Shown here one piece after another: positions 50,751 to 64,000 of a DNA stretch of 64,000 bases (the stretch's first letter is position 1; each line of letters starts with the position of its first letter). The translations under genes were made by a program, and so were the position numbers. The notes under the pieces were generated by a model. The model was not told the origin of the DNA. It was given only the letters and a program-made list of their open reading frames with translations, and did not search any database. This DNA comes from Azolla caroliniana (Eukaryota > Plantae > Polypodiophyta). Location: the NCBI GenBank assembly GCA_043228905.1, contig JBHGNT010000004.1:23126001-23190000 (forward strand). The letters are read 5' to 3'.

Positions 50751-51410
50751 TATTTTCCTCTACATCAGAGACATTTCATGTTATATGCAAGATATCATCC
50801 TAACATGGCATACCTAAACATCACTTGCAATTCTTCCTCCAATCGTTTCTTTAAATTAGCTATTTTCCTCTACATCAGAGACATTTCATGTTATATGCAA
50901 GATATCATCCTAACATGGCATACCTAAACATCACTTGCAATTCTTCCTCCAATCGTTTCTTTAAATTAGCTATTTTCCTCTACATCAGAGACATTTCATG
51001 TTATATGCAAGATATCATCCTAACATGGCATACCTAAACATCACTTGCAATTCTTCCTCCAATCGTTTCTTTAAATTAGCTATTTTCCTCTACATCAGAG
51101 ACATTTCATGTTATATGCAAGATATCATCCTAACATGGCATACCTAAACATCACTTGCAATTCTTCCTCCAATCGTTTCTTTAAATTAGCTATTTTCCTC
51201 TACATCAGAGACATTTCATGTTATATGCAAGATATCATCCTAACATGGCATACCTAAACATCAAATGCAATTCTTCCTCCAATCGTTTCTTTAAATTAGC
51301 TATTTTCCTCTACATCAGAGACATTTCATGTTATATGCAAGATATCATCCTAACATGGCATACCTAAACATCAAATGCAATTCTTCCTCCAATCGTTTCT
51401 TTAAATTAGC
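50751..51410 (+). repeat. Tandem array, 110 bp x6
   Basis: Units start at 50751, 50861, 50971, 51081, 51191 and 51301. Copies 1-4 read tcacttgcaa and copies 5-6 read tcaaatgcaa. Confidence 0.98.
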
Positions 51411-52258
51411 TTTAGGCTTAGATATTGGTGTGGTGTATTTTACAACCTTACTTATTTCTTCATGCTTCTCTACGTATGAGTTACATTCAACATGTAAGTC
51501 ATCATTAGAATCACCTTTAGGCTTATATATGCTTTGAGGTGTAATTGACAAACATTTTGAACCATATTTTTTCTACATGTTGCTCTATGTTGTCATAATC
51601 TTCACATACATTAGTGGTTCACATCAGTAGATTATTTTAAATATTATTCTATTTCAAATAATTCATACTTGGAGTCACTCTCAGTTGATTAAAATTCATA
51701 TGGAATGGGTGTTATTGGTGAACTAATTAAAAAGAAAACATATAGTTCCTTTCCACATATACCCTGCATATATTAATATTAACCACATTTTGTTTAAACA
51801 TGCATGGAGTCGCTATAATTAGGCTAGTCATTGCTAGCATAATCTTCCTACAAATATTTATAAATCAACAAGGAATTGGAGCCTTCATATCATGACCTTG
51901 TTGACAAATTCAAATAAACACCATGATGCTTACTTAGTAAAAGATTATATAATGTGTATGTAATATGCACAATATCCCAACATAATGGAAAGCCTATGAT
52001 ATATCCCACTATGTTAACATTTAGTCCACCAATCCATGCAATACTTAGAGCATTATCAATATGAATTAAGCTCACAACAAACAATAATATAGAGAAGCTA
52101 TGTACAAATCCGAATTAAATTCACAATGATAATTGCATACATGCTTATTATAGCATGTATGCTAAGTCATGCGGCATCCACACCTTGCAATGGCTTTATT
52201 ACAAGGTTAAGTAGTGGATTAGACACAAACACCAATTCCTTGCTCCATACAATATAAG

Positions 52259-53589
52259 TTATGTATTGCAACACAAAGGACACATAATGAGACCATTTTC
52301 ATTGCATTTGTCACATCTTGCAATTCTATCAAAGTCCTTGAGAATCTTGCAACTACCATTACAAGTGAGACAAGGAACAAACCTCACTCCATCGCAACCT
52401 TGACATGCCTCGCGGTAAATACCAAAAGACGGTAAGCCTTCAAACAAACCAACAAGAATGCCATCTTCATGCAATTGGCTCACATCTTCTATACCACCGA
52501 TGTATCTGCCTCTCACAAAAAGCCGAGGAACTTGAAACCTCTTGTTTCCCAAGAGCTCAGTGAGTTCTTCTCGGAATTTGGAATGCATCCAAACATCCCT
52601 CTCATCCACATCAACTTTAAGGCCTTGTAAAATGAGCCTCATGTGGCAACAATCTTGAAATGTCTTCCTCACGCCTCTCAAGCTTGTAAAGTACAGAACA
52701 ACTTTATGTTCACCTCTAGGGGGACACCTTAGCTCAAAGTCTTCCAAACCACACGAGAATTCACTCATATATATATCTTCACAAGGGATCGGTAAGGCCT
52801 TGGTACAAGGGGACATGATATGGGCATTCTCCCTCTTCATTACTTCTAGACTTGTCAACGAAGAGTGCATATTTTTAACATCATATTGTGGGCTTTCACT
52901 ACCCGAGCTACTTGTGGAGGTCAATGCCAATGCATAGGAAACCAATGTCTGGTTATGTGATGAGGATGAGTGGTCTATGGATATACTTTGGTTTGCACGA
53001 CAAAGCTCATTCACAAGACACCAATCGTCACAACTAGGATTGATGGTTTGCAATGCTTTCTCGAATTTCCCAAGGAGGCTAGGGTCAAAGAGGGGAGTGC
53101 TCGAATCACTGAGGAGGAGACGAGGACTCTTGATCAAAGGGCTCCTAGGGCTCTTTCTAAATGACCACATTGTAGTGGGGCTTTTCCCACTAGGACTTTT
53201 TAATGTATTTGTGGTCTTGGAGTGCCTCCTAGGGGGTGTTCTCATGGGGGAGTTAGTGGTAGTAGTAACCTTCATAGGTTTTTTCATGTAAGAATAACAA
53301 TCATATTCTTCCTTCTCTTCTTCTTCTTCTTCTTCTTCTTCTTCTTCTCCTAGCACTACATCAAGGCCTTCACAAGATTTGAACCTCCTATGTTGATGGT
53401 GAGGATGCTGCATTTTAGATTTTTGTGTTGTGAAGTCATTATAAGGTTTCCATGGAGGTGAACTAGCCTCTTGATCTAAGCAAGAATCAAGGTCATGGAT
53501 TCTATTAACACATAGAGACCCTTCTATATTTAGAGGATTTCCTCCTTCTTGACCTTGACCATGACCATAACCATCCCCATGACCATGAC

Positions 53590-53620
<31 letters not shown>

Positions 53621-54106
53621 TAATCCTTCCATTAGCTCCCATGCATTAATAGTTTCTAATTGATCCACACTATGATTAGCATTAATAATATATTGATCTG
53701 GGTGACCCATACCTTCTTCCTCTTCCTCTTGTTCTTCTTCAATGACCGGGTTAAGCTCTGTTCTGAATGATTTGAGGTTATTATAAATGTGGCCCAACTC
53801 ATCCTTTTTGTCACTGAGCTTGAGGAAACCATAGCTTGATCTAGAAGCAAGGGGCACGACATGATACCTGCCTTTCACTCGGTTTCCCTCGCTTTCTTCT
53901 TCCTCTTCTTCTTCCTCTTCTTCTTCAATATGATGGTAATTTATGGGTTCTGATACAGTTCTTGAAACAGGGGCATACCAGCTTTTATTCATAACATTAC
54001 TAGTGCTAGTAGTAGTAATAGTACCTTTAGTAATGGCTTTTTGTGGAACAGAGTACTCTGTTCCTCTCCTCTTTCTTCCTAAAGACTTTGAAGATGAGCA
54101 ACCCAT
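52259..54106 (-). CDS. Glutaredoxin-like domain protein with C-terminal Cys-rich (4x CxxC) region, At5g39865-type family (~615 aa, single exon)
   Basis: MGCSSSK start, INAWELMEGL and FDPSLL motifs, KVVLYFTSLRGVRKTFQDC..VDERDVWMH..VPRLFVRGRYIGG, and CQGC..CLTC..CDKCNENGLIMCPLC. The ATG at 54106 is preferred over the upstream GTG. Confidence 0.95.
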
Positions 54107-54224
54107 ACTTCTAATATACCTAAATCTAGTATGTATTAAAAAAGATAGATTTTTCACTAGATTACTGAGAAAGATTAGTCATTGCATAGATATATGGATC
54201 TCATTAATTAAAATCAGTAGTTAT

Positions 54225-54740
54225 GATTAAGGTTAAGGTGGGCGATAAGTAACAAGCCCAACTTTAGGTTGAGGTAAGATTGGTGTGTGATTAAGAGTTA
54301 ACCCACATTAAATTGAGAGAAGATTAGGATAGGAGCAAACCCCACGTTAGATTAGGGAGGCATGTAAGGGTGAAAACTAGTCGGTGTTTGTGAGCAAACC
54401 CATATAAGATCAATGGGAGATTAGAGAGCAGAATGGCAAAACCACATAGTATTATGGTGGAGATTCATGGATCTGTCTACATAAGATTAAGGTGAATATT
54501 GTTGGGTTCATTAGGAGGATGATAGGTAAGACACATAAGGTTAAGATGGAGATTAGGGAGTGATTAAGAGCAAACCTATATAGACTAAAGACAGATTAGT
54601 GGGTGAATGGCAAAAATCATATAGGATTAAGGGGGAGATTGGTGGGTTATTAATAGGGAGATTAGGAGGAGGAAATGGAGAGATTAGTGGGTGAATGGCA
54701 AAATCATATAAGATTAAGGGGGGGATTAAGAGGAGGAAAT
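54225..54740. repeat. Degenerate short-period repeat rich in (GA)GATTA upstream of the gene
   Basis: Recurrent ggagattag / gcaaa..cata.aagattaagg units. Confidence 0.6.
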
Positions 54741-55156
54741 GGTTTTGAGAAAGGAAGGAGATGTTTTAACGAAGGTGAGATGTTTTTATGAACCTATAAA
54801 CAAATTAATAGTTAAAAAAAGGAAAGAGGAGAAGAGCAAGGAATGGAAGATAGAATTGGCTCCTTTTGAGTAAGTGAAGGAAAGTGTTTAAGGTGGGGGT
54901 AGAGACATAAATAGCTAAAAAGGGTAGAGAAAGAGCACACCATGAATGAAATAAGATGGATGGTTGAGCAGAAGAAAGAAAGACAAGAAGAAAAAAGGTA
55001 AGGGGAAAATCCTTCATTCAAATACCATGCCTACCCACCACCCTTCTTTTAGCAATCAAAATCATGACTAAAACCAGCCTATTAATATTATTACATTTCT
55101 TTTCATACTATTTTGTCCATCTATATGCTTGGCCTAAACAACTATATTTGATTACC

Positions 55157-55160
<4 letters not shown>

Positions 55161-55190
<30 letters not shown>
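55161..55190. repeat. (TC)15 microsatellite
   Basis: Read directly. Confidence 0.95.
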
Positions 55191-55193
<3 letters not shown>

Positions 55194-55519
55194 CATACAT
55201 ACTTTTATCTACTCTTACCTAGATTGGTCACCTTTTCTCATGGTATGGCCAAACTTTTTTCATACTATGATGACTCATTGGTATTAACTCCCTTTTGTTC
55301 AAGTAGGTTTCATGTCATTCTCCACAACTTGCTCTTTCAATGAGATTCCCCAATAGCTAAGATAGAATCGACCCCTTCTCTTTTAGCATTTGAGTTTGGT
55401 GTTCAAAGAGACCACTTGCTGGCTAGTGTTGCCCCATGTTTCACTAATAACATCGACTATTTTGATGTTTCCCTAGGAGCTACAAAAGAGTCATCTCTCT
55501 TCTCCTTATGCATTCAAGT

Positions 55520-55920
55520 TGGATGCTCAAAAAAACAGATGCCCTATTTCACAAAAGACGTTGGTCGAACACTCAACTTGCATACTCAAGTATATTTACC
55601 GAGAGAAACATCTTTATATTTATCATGCGGAGTTTCGGTCATTTGTGGTAACTTTCTCGCTAATGTTTTGCGCATGCAAAGAGCTAAGTCGATTACAATC
55701 AACACAAGTTTTCGCCAACACCTGCCATTGTTATTCCAAACTCTCATGCTAAGTATGGGGTTTATAAGGTTGAACATGCAAACCTTCATGCTTCACTAAA
55801 CAAGCTTACACCCACTTCACCTCTTTCACAAGTGAAGGCAATCATTATCAATATCAACACATTCCTTAGTGAATGAAGCTTTTTTTACAACAACAATGTG
55901 CTATACTGTGAGGGGGAGTG
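55520..55920 (+). mobile_element. Possible highly decayed Copia RNase H remnant with PPT
   Basis: Fragments ILKYI, RAKSIT and CYSKL occur in Copia order, ending in GAGGGGGAGTG. Weak support. Confidence 0.3.
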
Positions 55921-58900
55921 GAGCACATTCCGTGAATGGGCAAACCAAATCCACCCATGCATGGTAAAGCCTGGCCTTCTCCTCCATCCAAATGATCTAT
56001 TTGAGATGTGGCATTAATGCACTTCTAAGAAGATTCATTCATATACACATTTTACCTTAATCTATCTACATTCTCATCACACATTTCTCTCTTGGTCACA
56101 TGTGCAACACACATTACATGAAAGTGAAAATTTTCACGTTGAACCCATCATTTGGGTGTGACGTTAGAGGGCAATAATTAATGTATATGTGAATAATTCT
56201 ATCTCTTCTCGATCAATCATTAAGGTAGATTTGTGAGATTCATGAAGGTCTCAAACATTGCATAAGAATCTAAAACCCTGGAATAAGTTGTCATGGGTTT
56301 GTGAGGTTTCCGTATAATGTCAAGAACTCTCACTTATCAGTAATTTAAACTCATGTCTCTTCTTCTCCTAGTTTTCATATCATCATGAATGCTCCATGTG
56401 ATTCCCAAGGGTTTCAAAATTTCCATTTTATGTTTATTTTTTCATATGAAACTCTCATAAACTTTTGTGCCTTCTTGCTAGGATTTCGATCACTTTGAGG
56501 ATTCCCCTTGAGTTTTTGACCCACTATTTTTATTATTTTCCTTAAAGAGGTTTTGCCTTTTGCCAATTCCTTAATGTTCCTACAATGTTGTAATTTGAGC
56601 TTCTTCTTATAAGCCCTCCCAATCTCACTCATAGATTTGCGGATTGACCCAAATAGTTATCTCTCGGATGTAGTATACCATTTGTTTCCAATCCAGTATG
56701 CAATCATATAGCATTATCTATGACATGTTGCTTTTATTTCATAAACCCCAAAACAAAATATCTTTGGTGTGGTAAACCACTTCATTCCCGCATATATGAT
56801 CCAATCATATGTTATAAGCATTGGTACATGAGTTTTGTTTTGCAAGAATAGGGAGGGTTATAGTTCACTTCCATAGAGTGTAGGATTTGAGAGGTTTGTA
56901 ATTTACTTCCATAGTGTGAGAAACATTGAAGATCAATTCCTATTTCAAGCCCTCTATGCCTCCCAAAACTAGAAAGATACTATCCTCACGAGTTAATCTA
57001 TCATCACGAATCTTTTCAGACTTCTTTTAGGATTCATTTATGCAAAATTTTATCCTCTTGATATTAGACTTTTCTAACTCTTCACTAGTTGCAATCATGA
57101 TTGCATCTAACCATGTACAACATGATAAATTACTCATATATAGCTGGAATTGCATGGCACTTACATTTCGAAATTCGCCCCCTTGTTATGGAGGAACTGA
57201 CCAAACTTTGATATGGTTTTTTGTTTATGAGCACCCCCCCTCTTGGATATGATGCCACAATAATGTTCATATGTAAGATTATACACCTCCAAGTTTCTTT
57301 TTGCTTCCTCAAAATAGATTGTACCATGATGTACCACATAGTTTTATTGTGGAAGTACCATTAATATTGTTTGTTGGTTGAAAGTAACAACAAACACATA
57401 TTACACTCAAGCTCACCCAATCTATTGCACTATGATATACTTATTGAATCAAATTTTAATATTTTTTCCAAAAGGAAATGATATATTCCTAAATTCTTAG
57501 AACTAGAAGTATATGGATAATTTAGGTTTAGATGACTTCGGGTTAGTTTAAAAGAATTAAGTTGTTGGACATTGAATCGCTTGCAAGTATTAGATTTCCT
57601 TTAACACTACTTACATGCAATGACCTTGTTTATTTCATTTCTCATTTTGTTAGGAAATCCCTTTGTGCATTTTGTCGAATATTTCACTTGATTCAGTGAT
57701 TCCACCACCCAACTAGATTTTAATAAGCCAAATTGGGACTCTATTCTTTTCATATTAGTTTGTAAGTTTTTTTTTTTGCAATGTTGTTGGGCATGGTGTT
57801 TTAGACACAAGGTAAAGGTACCATATTAGTGTCACTTAAGAAACAAAAAACATGCCATTCTCAAATACCAACAATTTTGAATTTACAACTTCACATCATG
57901 GGAAAAAGTTGGTGTGGCACGTCACAAAAATTTGTGAAAAGTTTATTTTGCAACCATTTACAATTTAAGGAGGTTTCTGAAATATAAATATATGCCAACC
58001 ATATTGATTTGATGACATAGATACTGAAGTGTTCATGGTGATTAACTTAACAATATTCGAACTTGAGGATGGATCACATACCCTTTAGTTAGTTGTAAAT
58101 GATATGCTTAGTTAGGTCATGTTCACTTGGTTCTTGTTTTATCTCCGTGTCATTGATTATGAGGATGGATTATGTATCATGCATATTAGTCATAAATGTT
58201 TTTGACTTTGATTTGCGTAGTTAGGTCACATTGGCTTCCATGAGATGGCTCTTGTACAACTATCCTAGTTATAATCAAGCTTCTTACCTTTTTGTCATGC
58301 TAGTTAGGTTGTGTTGGTGGTGTTTCATTCTCTATCTTCTAGGGGGATAATTATATGCAATTGTCTTACTTTTGACAACATTATGAAAACAATCTATTTT
58401 GGATTAAGCTAAGATGTTTGACTATCTATGAACCCTCTATTATATCACATGCATTCAAGGTTTTCCCCTGAAATTATAATCTAGCACCCCTCATGTGCAT
58501 ACAAATGTTTATGGAAGAACATAAACAAAACATCCATAACTATATGGTAAAGCACAACTTCAAATCATTGCCTTAATTATAGGTTGCACTCCACAGTCCA
58601 CGATTGGAAACAAGCCTTGATGCAGTGCTAATTTTACCTTCAGCTCAACTCATTTGATGGAGAGCACATACATATTTCAGAATAACAATCTCATGAGGAG
58701 TTCAAGATTAAGGACATCTGCATTAAGAGGCACATAATTTCATATTTTACTTATTCATCGACCAATAGCCATATATCATGTCATGTATGTATCACATTTT
58801 AGGCAATTAAAAAAAAGATCAAACAATATTTGCAATTCCTCTATTTTATACCTGGGATAAAACATTTTTCCGCATCTATAATCTATAATACTTAAAAACC

Positions 58901-61044
58901 AGTTAATTCAATTAGATTTGAAATAATAAAAAATGGAATATCAAAATCGATATTCTAATAGTATTATTATTATTAGACAAAGATGGCACTCAAATCCTAG
59001 CTTAATTGATTTTACCAATATATTTTCTCTAGCAATGTTTATAAAGGTAAAGAAATGACAATACACATTATTATGTAAAATCCAAGCTTAGTATATTTTA
59101 AAGTGGAAACAATATTAGATAGTATTCATATTCTCGTGTGAAAAGAAAAATAAAGTAAAAGCATAATGGGATCTCCCCAACCACTCATGTAAGTGGTTTC
59201 CCATAGTAACCCAATGTTTGGTTAAAGTCAATGTGCTTCCTGTCATGCACAAACTTCTTGTTTAGACACAATATGTGGTTGATGTATGCAAATACCTTAA
59301 AGGCCAACTCAGGCACATTAAATCATGTTTTCCATACATCAAGTTGTTGGTCCACAATTCATTCACATGTCATTTAATATTCGTACTTTGATGTATTTGG
59401 TTGTCCATAAACTTGCGCTTCCTTCAATTTCTTTCTTGTAGTATCCAATGTATGTACCGTTTCACCCTTACGTCCTCACATTGTGGCATCAACAATTATT
59501 TATCCCTAGACATTGCTCTCTTTTTCTTCTTTAGACGATATTCAATTTAACATTTGTAATTGTCCTTGACTATGTACTCGGCTGATCTTTGACATGTTGT
59601 GTAGTGAACCACCCAACGATTTATATTTATAGCATCTATTGTCATTAAAATTACCCTTGGAGTCACCCTTATGTATGTCGAAGTTCAAGCAGACAAAAGA
59701 GCATTAATGGGGGGAATTCGTAGATTTAACAACTTGCACTCATGTGACACATTGTATGCATTGTTATCACATTGCATAACACACATAATTCGATACTCAA
59801 ACTTTTGATTGGATAGATCTATCGATTATCTTCACTTACAATAATGCAACTCTCTCAAATTTCTTAAACAAAATGATGAAAATTCCATTTCTTTTAATAG
59901 GTAAGTAAACCATCACGAAATCAAATAAATATCAGAAGCCTAAATTTTTTAGTTGAAGTTATGTTCTCTCATATATAACAATCAAACGAATGCTTTTTGT
60001 AGGGAGAAGAGGAACTTACGAGCACGATGAGGATACGACACTACGCTATTGCAAAGATTGAATGTTCGGAATGCATGGATTGTCACATTTAAAGATATAT
60101 TTGTTTTATTACATAAACAAAATGATAAAACCAACCTAAGGATGTCCAAAGAATTGGTGGGTGGTTCAATTACTTTATGAAATATATAGCTCAATGTTGT
60201 CAAATAAGTTTATGGTTGGTATTTGCTCATTGTCTAGATTGAGAAACAACAAAGTACAATTTTGAATATTTGTTGAACAATAGTGGAACCATTAACAAGT
60301 TTGATATATTCTCTTTTGATTGATAGATGATTGGCTATTTGAATTGTAAAAGAGATACAAATGTAGATTAACTCTTGGATTGCAATTGCACTTCACAATT
60401 GTTTTGTGAATTTAAAGTGTGTATATTTTGAGTGTTGACGTTAACAAATATCATAATAAATATTAGCTATTGTATTACGACTATGGTTCACAATTATCTT
60501 GTAAATTTAAAAGGTTACATTTTTGTTGTAGGTGAGTGGGACGAAGTGATGACTCGCAAAGAGAATGAAGGTAACCTATGATATAATGAACTCTAACACT
60601 TGGATTACAATTGCTCATTAAGTATGGATTTTGTGTTGTGAATTGATGGGATTCAATATACGTGAAGGATTCTCTAAGTTTTTCCATTGAAATGTGAAGA
60701 AAGAGGATTCATGTTGCCAAAAGTTTAGAACATATAGGAGATAAAAAACAAGCTTGAGGAGTGGAAAGTTCTAGTTGTTAGCATTTGCATGATCATCTAG
60801 CAATGATGGTGATGGTAGACTTATGCGGCTTTGAAGCCTTCCATAGGATATTTGGAAGTCTAAAATGTCATGGGAGTTACTTTACAACACCTTGAACCTA
60901 TCATATCCTTCAACAAAATTAGGCAATAGCGAGCTTGTGATGAACTTTTGAATCTGTCACAGATTTTACAGATCTTGAAGCTAGTGTGATTACAATGGAT
61001 TATGGGATCACATATTTTGCACATTGGTTGGTTGAAGTGGAGGC

Positions 61045-61503
61045 TAACAATCGGCAACGGTTCGGTTCAGTTTGAGACGGTCCAAACCGTTTAATTTTTT
61101 TGGAACCTGAACCAAACCGAACCAAACCGCGAAACCGTTAAACATTTTTCAAACTGTCAAAACCGCGGTTCGGTTTCGGTTTTCAACATAGGCCAAAATT
61201 TTAATTTTTAAAAATTTATAATATTTCATTTTTAAAAATTTTTAAGATGTTCCTAAAATGTGAGAATAAGGTCTAAAAATGAAAAGATTGTTTAAAAACA
61301 AATTTTCAAAATTTTTAGAATTTTTTAAAAATTTGTACAAATTTTTAAAAAATAAAAAAATAAAAACCGTTAAACCGTTTAAACCGCGGGTTTTTACTGT
61401 TGAAACTGAATTGAACCGTTTTAAAAAACCCAAATCTGAACCGAACCGTTGAAACCATTAAGCCATTAAACCGCGTTTTCGCGGTTCGCGTTGCCGATTG
61501 TTA
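61045..61503. mobile_element. hAT-type MITE
   Basis: Perfect 15-bp TIR TAACAATCGGCAACG, perfect 8-bp TSD GTGGAGGC, and AACCG subterminal repeats. Confidence 0.93.
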
Positions 61504-62344
61504 GTGGAGGCAAGAAAGAAGTATCCAACTATTCCTGAACGTGACCAATTATCTTTGAGAGATTCTACTTTCAACAAACCTAGAATTCATTCAATTCTAA
61601 TTCACGTTTACAATAGAACATTGGCAATTTAAATCCATAAACCAATAATGAGGTACATTCTAATTTAAGATCTAATATTTATTACGATCTCAAGTCTTCG
61701 CACTTTGTTCCCACAAAATAATCGTGAACATAAACCCTATCCAAGAGCTTAAATTTATTATCATCTAAAATTTTCACCATTTTAATCCAAGACTTGATGT
61801 CTCTTGCATCCCAACTTATGATATGTCCCCACTTTAAATTCACCAAATGAACAATGCAGCACAATTCCAACCAATAACATTATGTTCATATCAATAGTAA
61901 GTACGCTTGAGGGGATGTGAGCTTAATCATTAAACTTGTGCTCAATAAGTAAGAACATCTCCATTATGCTATTTATAGTTCTATTTATGAATAAGAAATA
62001 TTTGAGATATCGATGGTGGCATATAAACACATTTTTATTTGCCATCGGTCCATACCTATAATGTTTTTCTTCATAGATTTGTTGTTATATCCCCATTTTT
62101 CTCCATAATTTTCTTGTTCCACATGACCTTCATCTCACAAATTTTAAGACACCATTTAGTTATGTCTTTTACACACTTGTCAATCATAACCATACACAAT
62201 CACACACATAAGTATGCACCCATGTATGTCACACATTGTTGGTTGCTCGACCTGAGTGTACACTGTAGGAACGTTCTACACCTATGTATATCACACACGT
62301 TGTTGGTTGTACGATGTGTGTGTACACCACTTGAGTATTACAAT

Positions 62345-64000
62345 GGATCCTTGGATTGGCTACATTTTACAGGGATGCTTCTAACCAGGTTTTAATGGTT
62401 GGAAGCTTGGGGAAGAGCTTTAGGATGACACGATCGGTACGCCAAGGATGCCCATTGGCCCCATACCTATTCATTATTGCAGCAAAAGCTTTGCATTATT
62501 ACATTGTTGATAGATATTGGCAAATACAAGGCCTTCCCCTACCCGAGGATGTAGGAATGATGCTTGATACAGAATATGCTAATGATACAACAACTTACGT
62601 TAAGGGGGATGCAAACAACTTGGATAGACTACAAAGTGCAATAAATGAGTTTTGTAGGGGATCGGGTGCTAAAATAAACTGGAATAAATGAGTGGGCATT
62701 TGGATTAGCAATAACCTAGACTTGGTAAATTGGGCTCCAGACCCTAATTTCAGATGGTTGAGAAGAGGAGAAACTACTAGATACTTGGGTTTCAAAATCG
62801 GTATGGACATTGATCGCTCAGAACACTACAATCTACTTGTGGACAAAATAAAAGCGAAGCTAATATGGTGGAATGCAAGAAAACTATCCTTTGTAGCCAA
62901 GATTGTGATTGCAAATCAGGTTCTAATGGCCACATTATGGCATACTACAACATGTTGGATAATCGCACCCAAGTCGATGAAAGCGATAAAAAGGTTGATC
63001 AGAAATTTCTTATGGGGGGGGCACAGAGGAAAAACATGCTCGTGCAAAGGTTACATGGACCACACTTATAAAAGATAAAAGTGAAGGTGGGGTGGGACTA
63101 AATAGATCTTGTGGTGCAAACGAAGGCCTTGCTAGGCAAATTGATAAAAGTGAAGGTGGGGTGGGACTAATAGATCCTGTGGTGCAAACGAAGGCCTTGC
63201 TAGGCAAATTGGTGGTTAGGAGCTTGCAACCACCTGAGGCACCTTGGAAAATTCTTTGGCGACGTAGAGGGAAGATGTGGTTGCCAAGACAAGGTGGAAG
63301 TTGGCCAAGTAGCGCTTTCTGGGGGTTTGTGCCAGAAATGCGAACCAAATACCGGGGATGTACACAGAGTATATGTGCTGTTGGAATTATGAAGGCATGG
63401 CAAAGAATAAGAAAGGGAATCATTTGTAGGTGGAGAAATGATGCATATGCCCGAATGTACATGCATATTGTTTGGAACCCACTAATTAGAGATGTGGATG
63501 GGCTGATCACAGGACAAAAAGCAGGCTTCAAATGGGCCAATTTAATCAATGCCCAAGGGAATACATTGGCAGATTGGAAGAGATTTCTGTGTAATGATGT
63601 GGGCACTCAAAAAGCTAGAATATGGAGGATAAACAAGGGTAAATGCATGCTAATAAGGATTACAGATGCCATTGCATGCAACATGCAAACCTTGGAAGAC
63701 GAAGCCATAAGTCCCTCTGAAATTGAATAGAGAACACTTATTGATGATGAAAATGATCTAATTGGAATTAAGGGAATGAAAGCAGGATCTAATGAGGCAT
63801 GCTACTACAAAATAGAGCATAGAATGGTAATATATGAGCAACCAGCCTATCAATATGAAAGGCCGATTAGGTTGCTTGCAAAAAATGGGAAGGATATGAT
63901 AGTTGACCCCAAGCCAAGTGAGATCAAACCAACGACAGTGTGTTGGCCGATAGAAGGGCATTCAAATCAGCTATCATGGGACCCAATGATGTATTTCTGG
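62345..64000 (+). mobile_element. 5'-truncated L1/Tx1-type LINE ORF2 (decayed), running off the window
   Basis: RSVRQGCPLAPYLF, EYANDTT, SGAKINWNK, RYLGF, IRNFLWGG and EGGVGL motifs. Internal ~69-bp tandem duplication at 63074-63210. Confidence 0.9.

Noticed and set aside
54107-54157. GTG-started N-terminal extension of the glutaredoxin-like gene
   Set aside because: Non-ATG start, and it would mask the MGCxxS motif.
56200-62300. Short ORFs in AT-rich sequence (also 49740-50700)
   Set aside because: Possibly decayed TE coding sequence, but no motif could be identified.

Overview
AT-rich land-plant nuclear DNA, probably a non-seed plant such as a fern, lycophyte or bryophyte (inferred from the TE families only). 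It holds one clear host gene, an intronless glutaredoxin-domain / Cys-rich protein on the minus strand (52259-54106). Most of 11.1-49.3 kb is a nest of LTR retrotransposons that can be reassembled from LTR ends and target-site duplications (TSDs). Gypsy-1 is followed by Copia-1, which contains Gypsy-A (minus strand). Gypsy-A contains Gypsy-B (holding an intact Copia-C), Copia-D (holding Gypsy-E and chromovirus Gypsy-F) and a solo LTR. Also present: two 5'-truncated LINEs, two hAT-type MITEs, a Tc1/mariner-like element and many local tandem duplications. Two systems stand out. (1) A Gypsy family (A, B, E) with a tRNA-Trp primer site; all three copies sit at CCGG, two with a complete 4-bp TSD, and copy B has a GGAUUUU slippery site plus predicted pseudoknot between Gag-protease and RT. 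(2) A chromovirus with a Tf1-type self-priming site, a heat-shock-element array and an antisense tRNA-like segment in its LTR. Coordinates were read by eye and may be off by a few bases.
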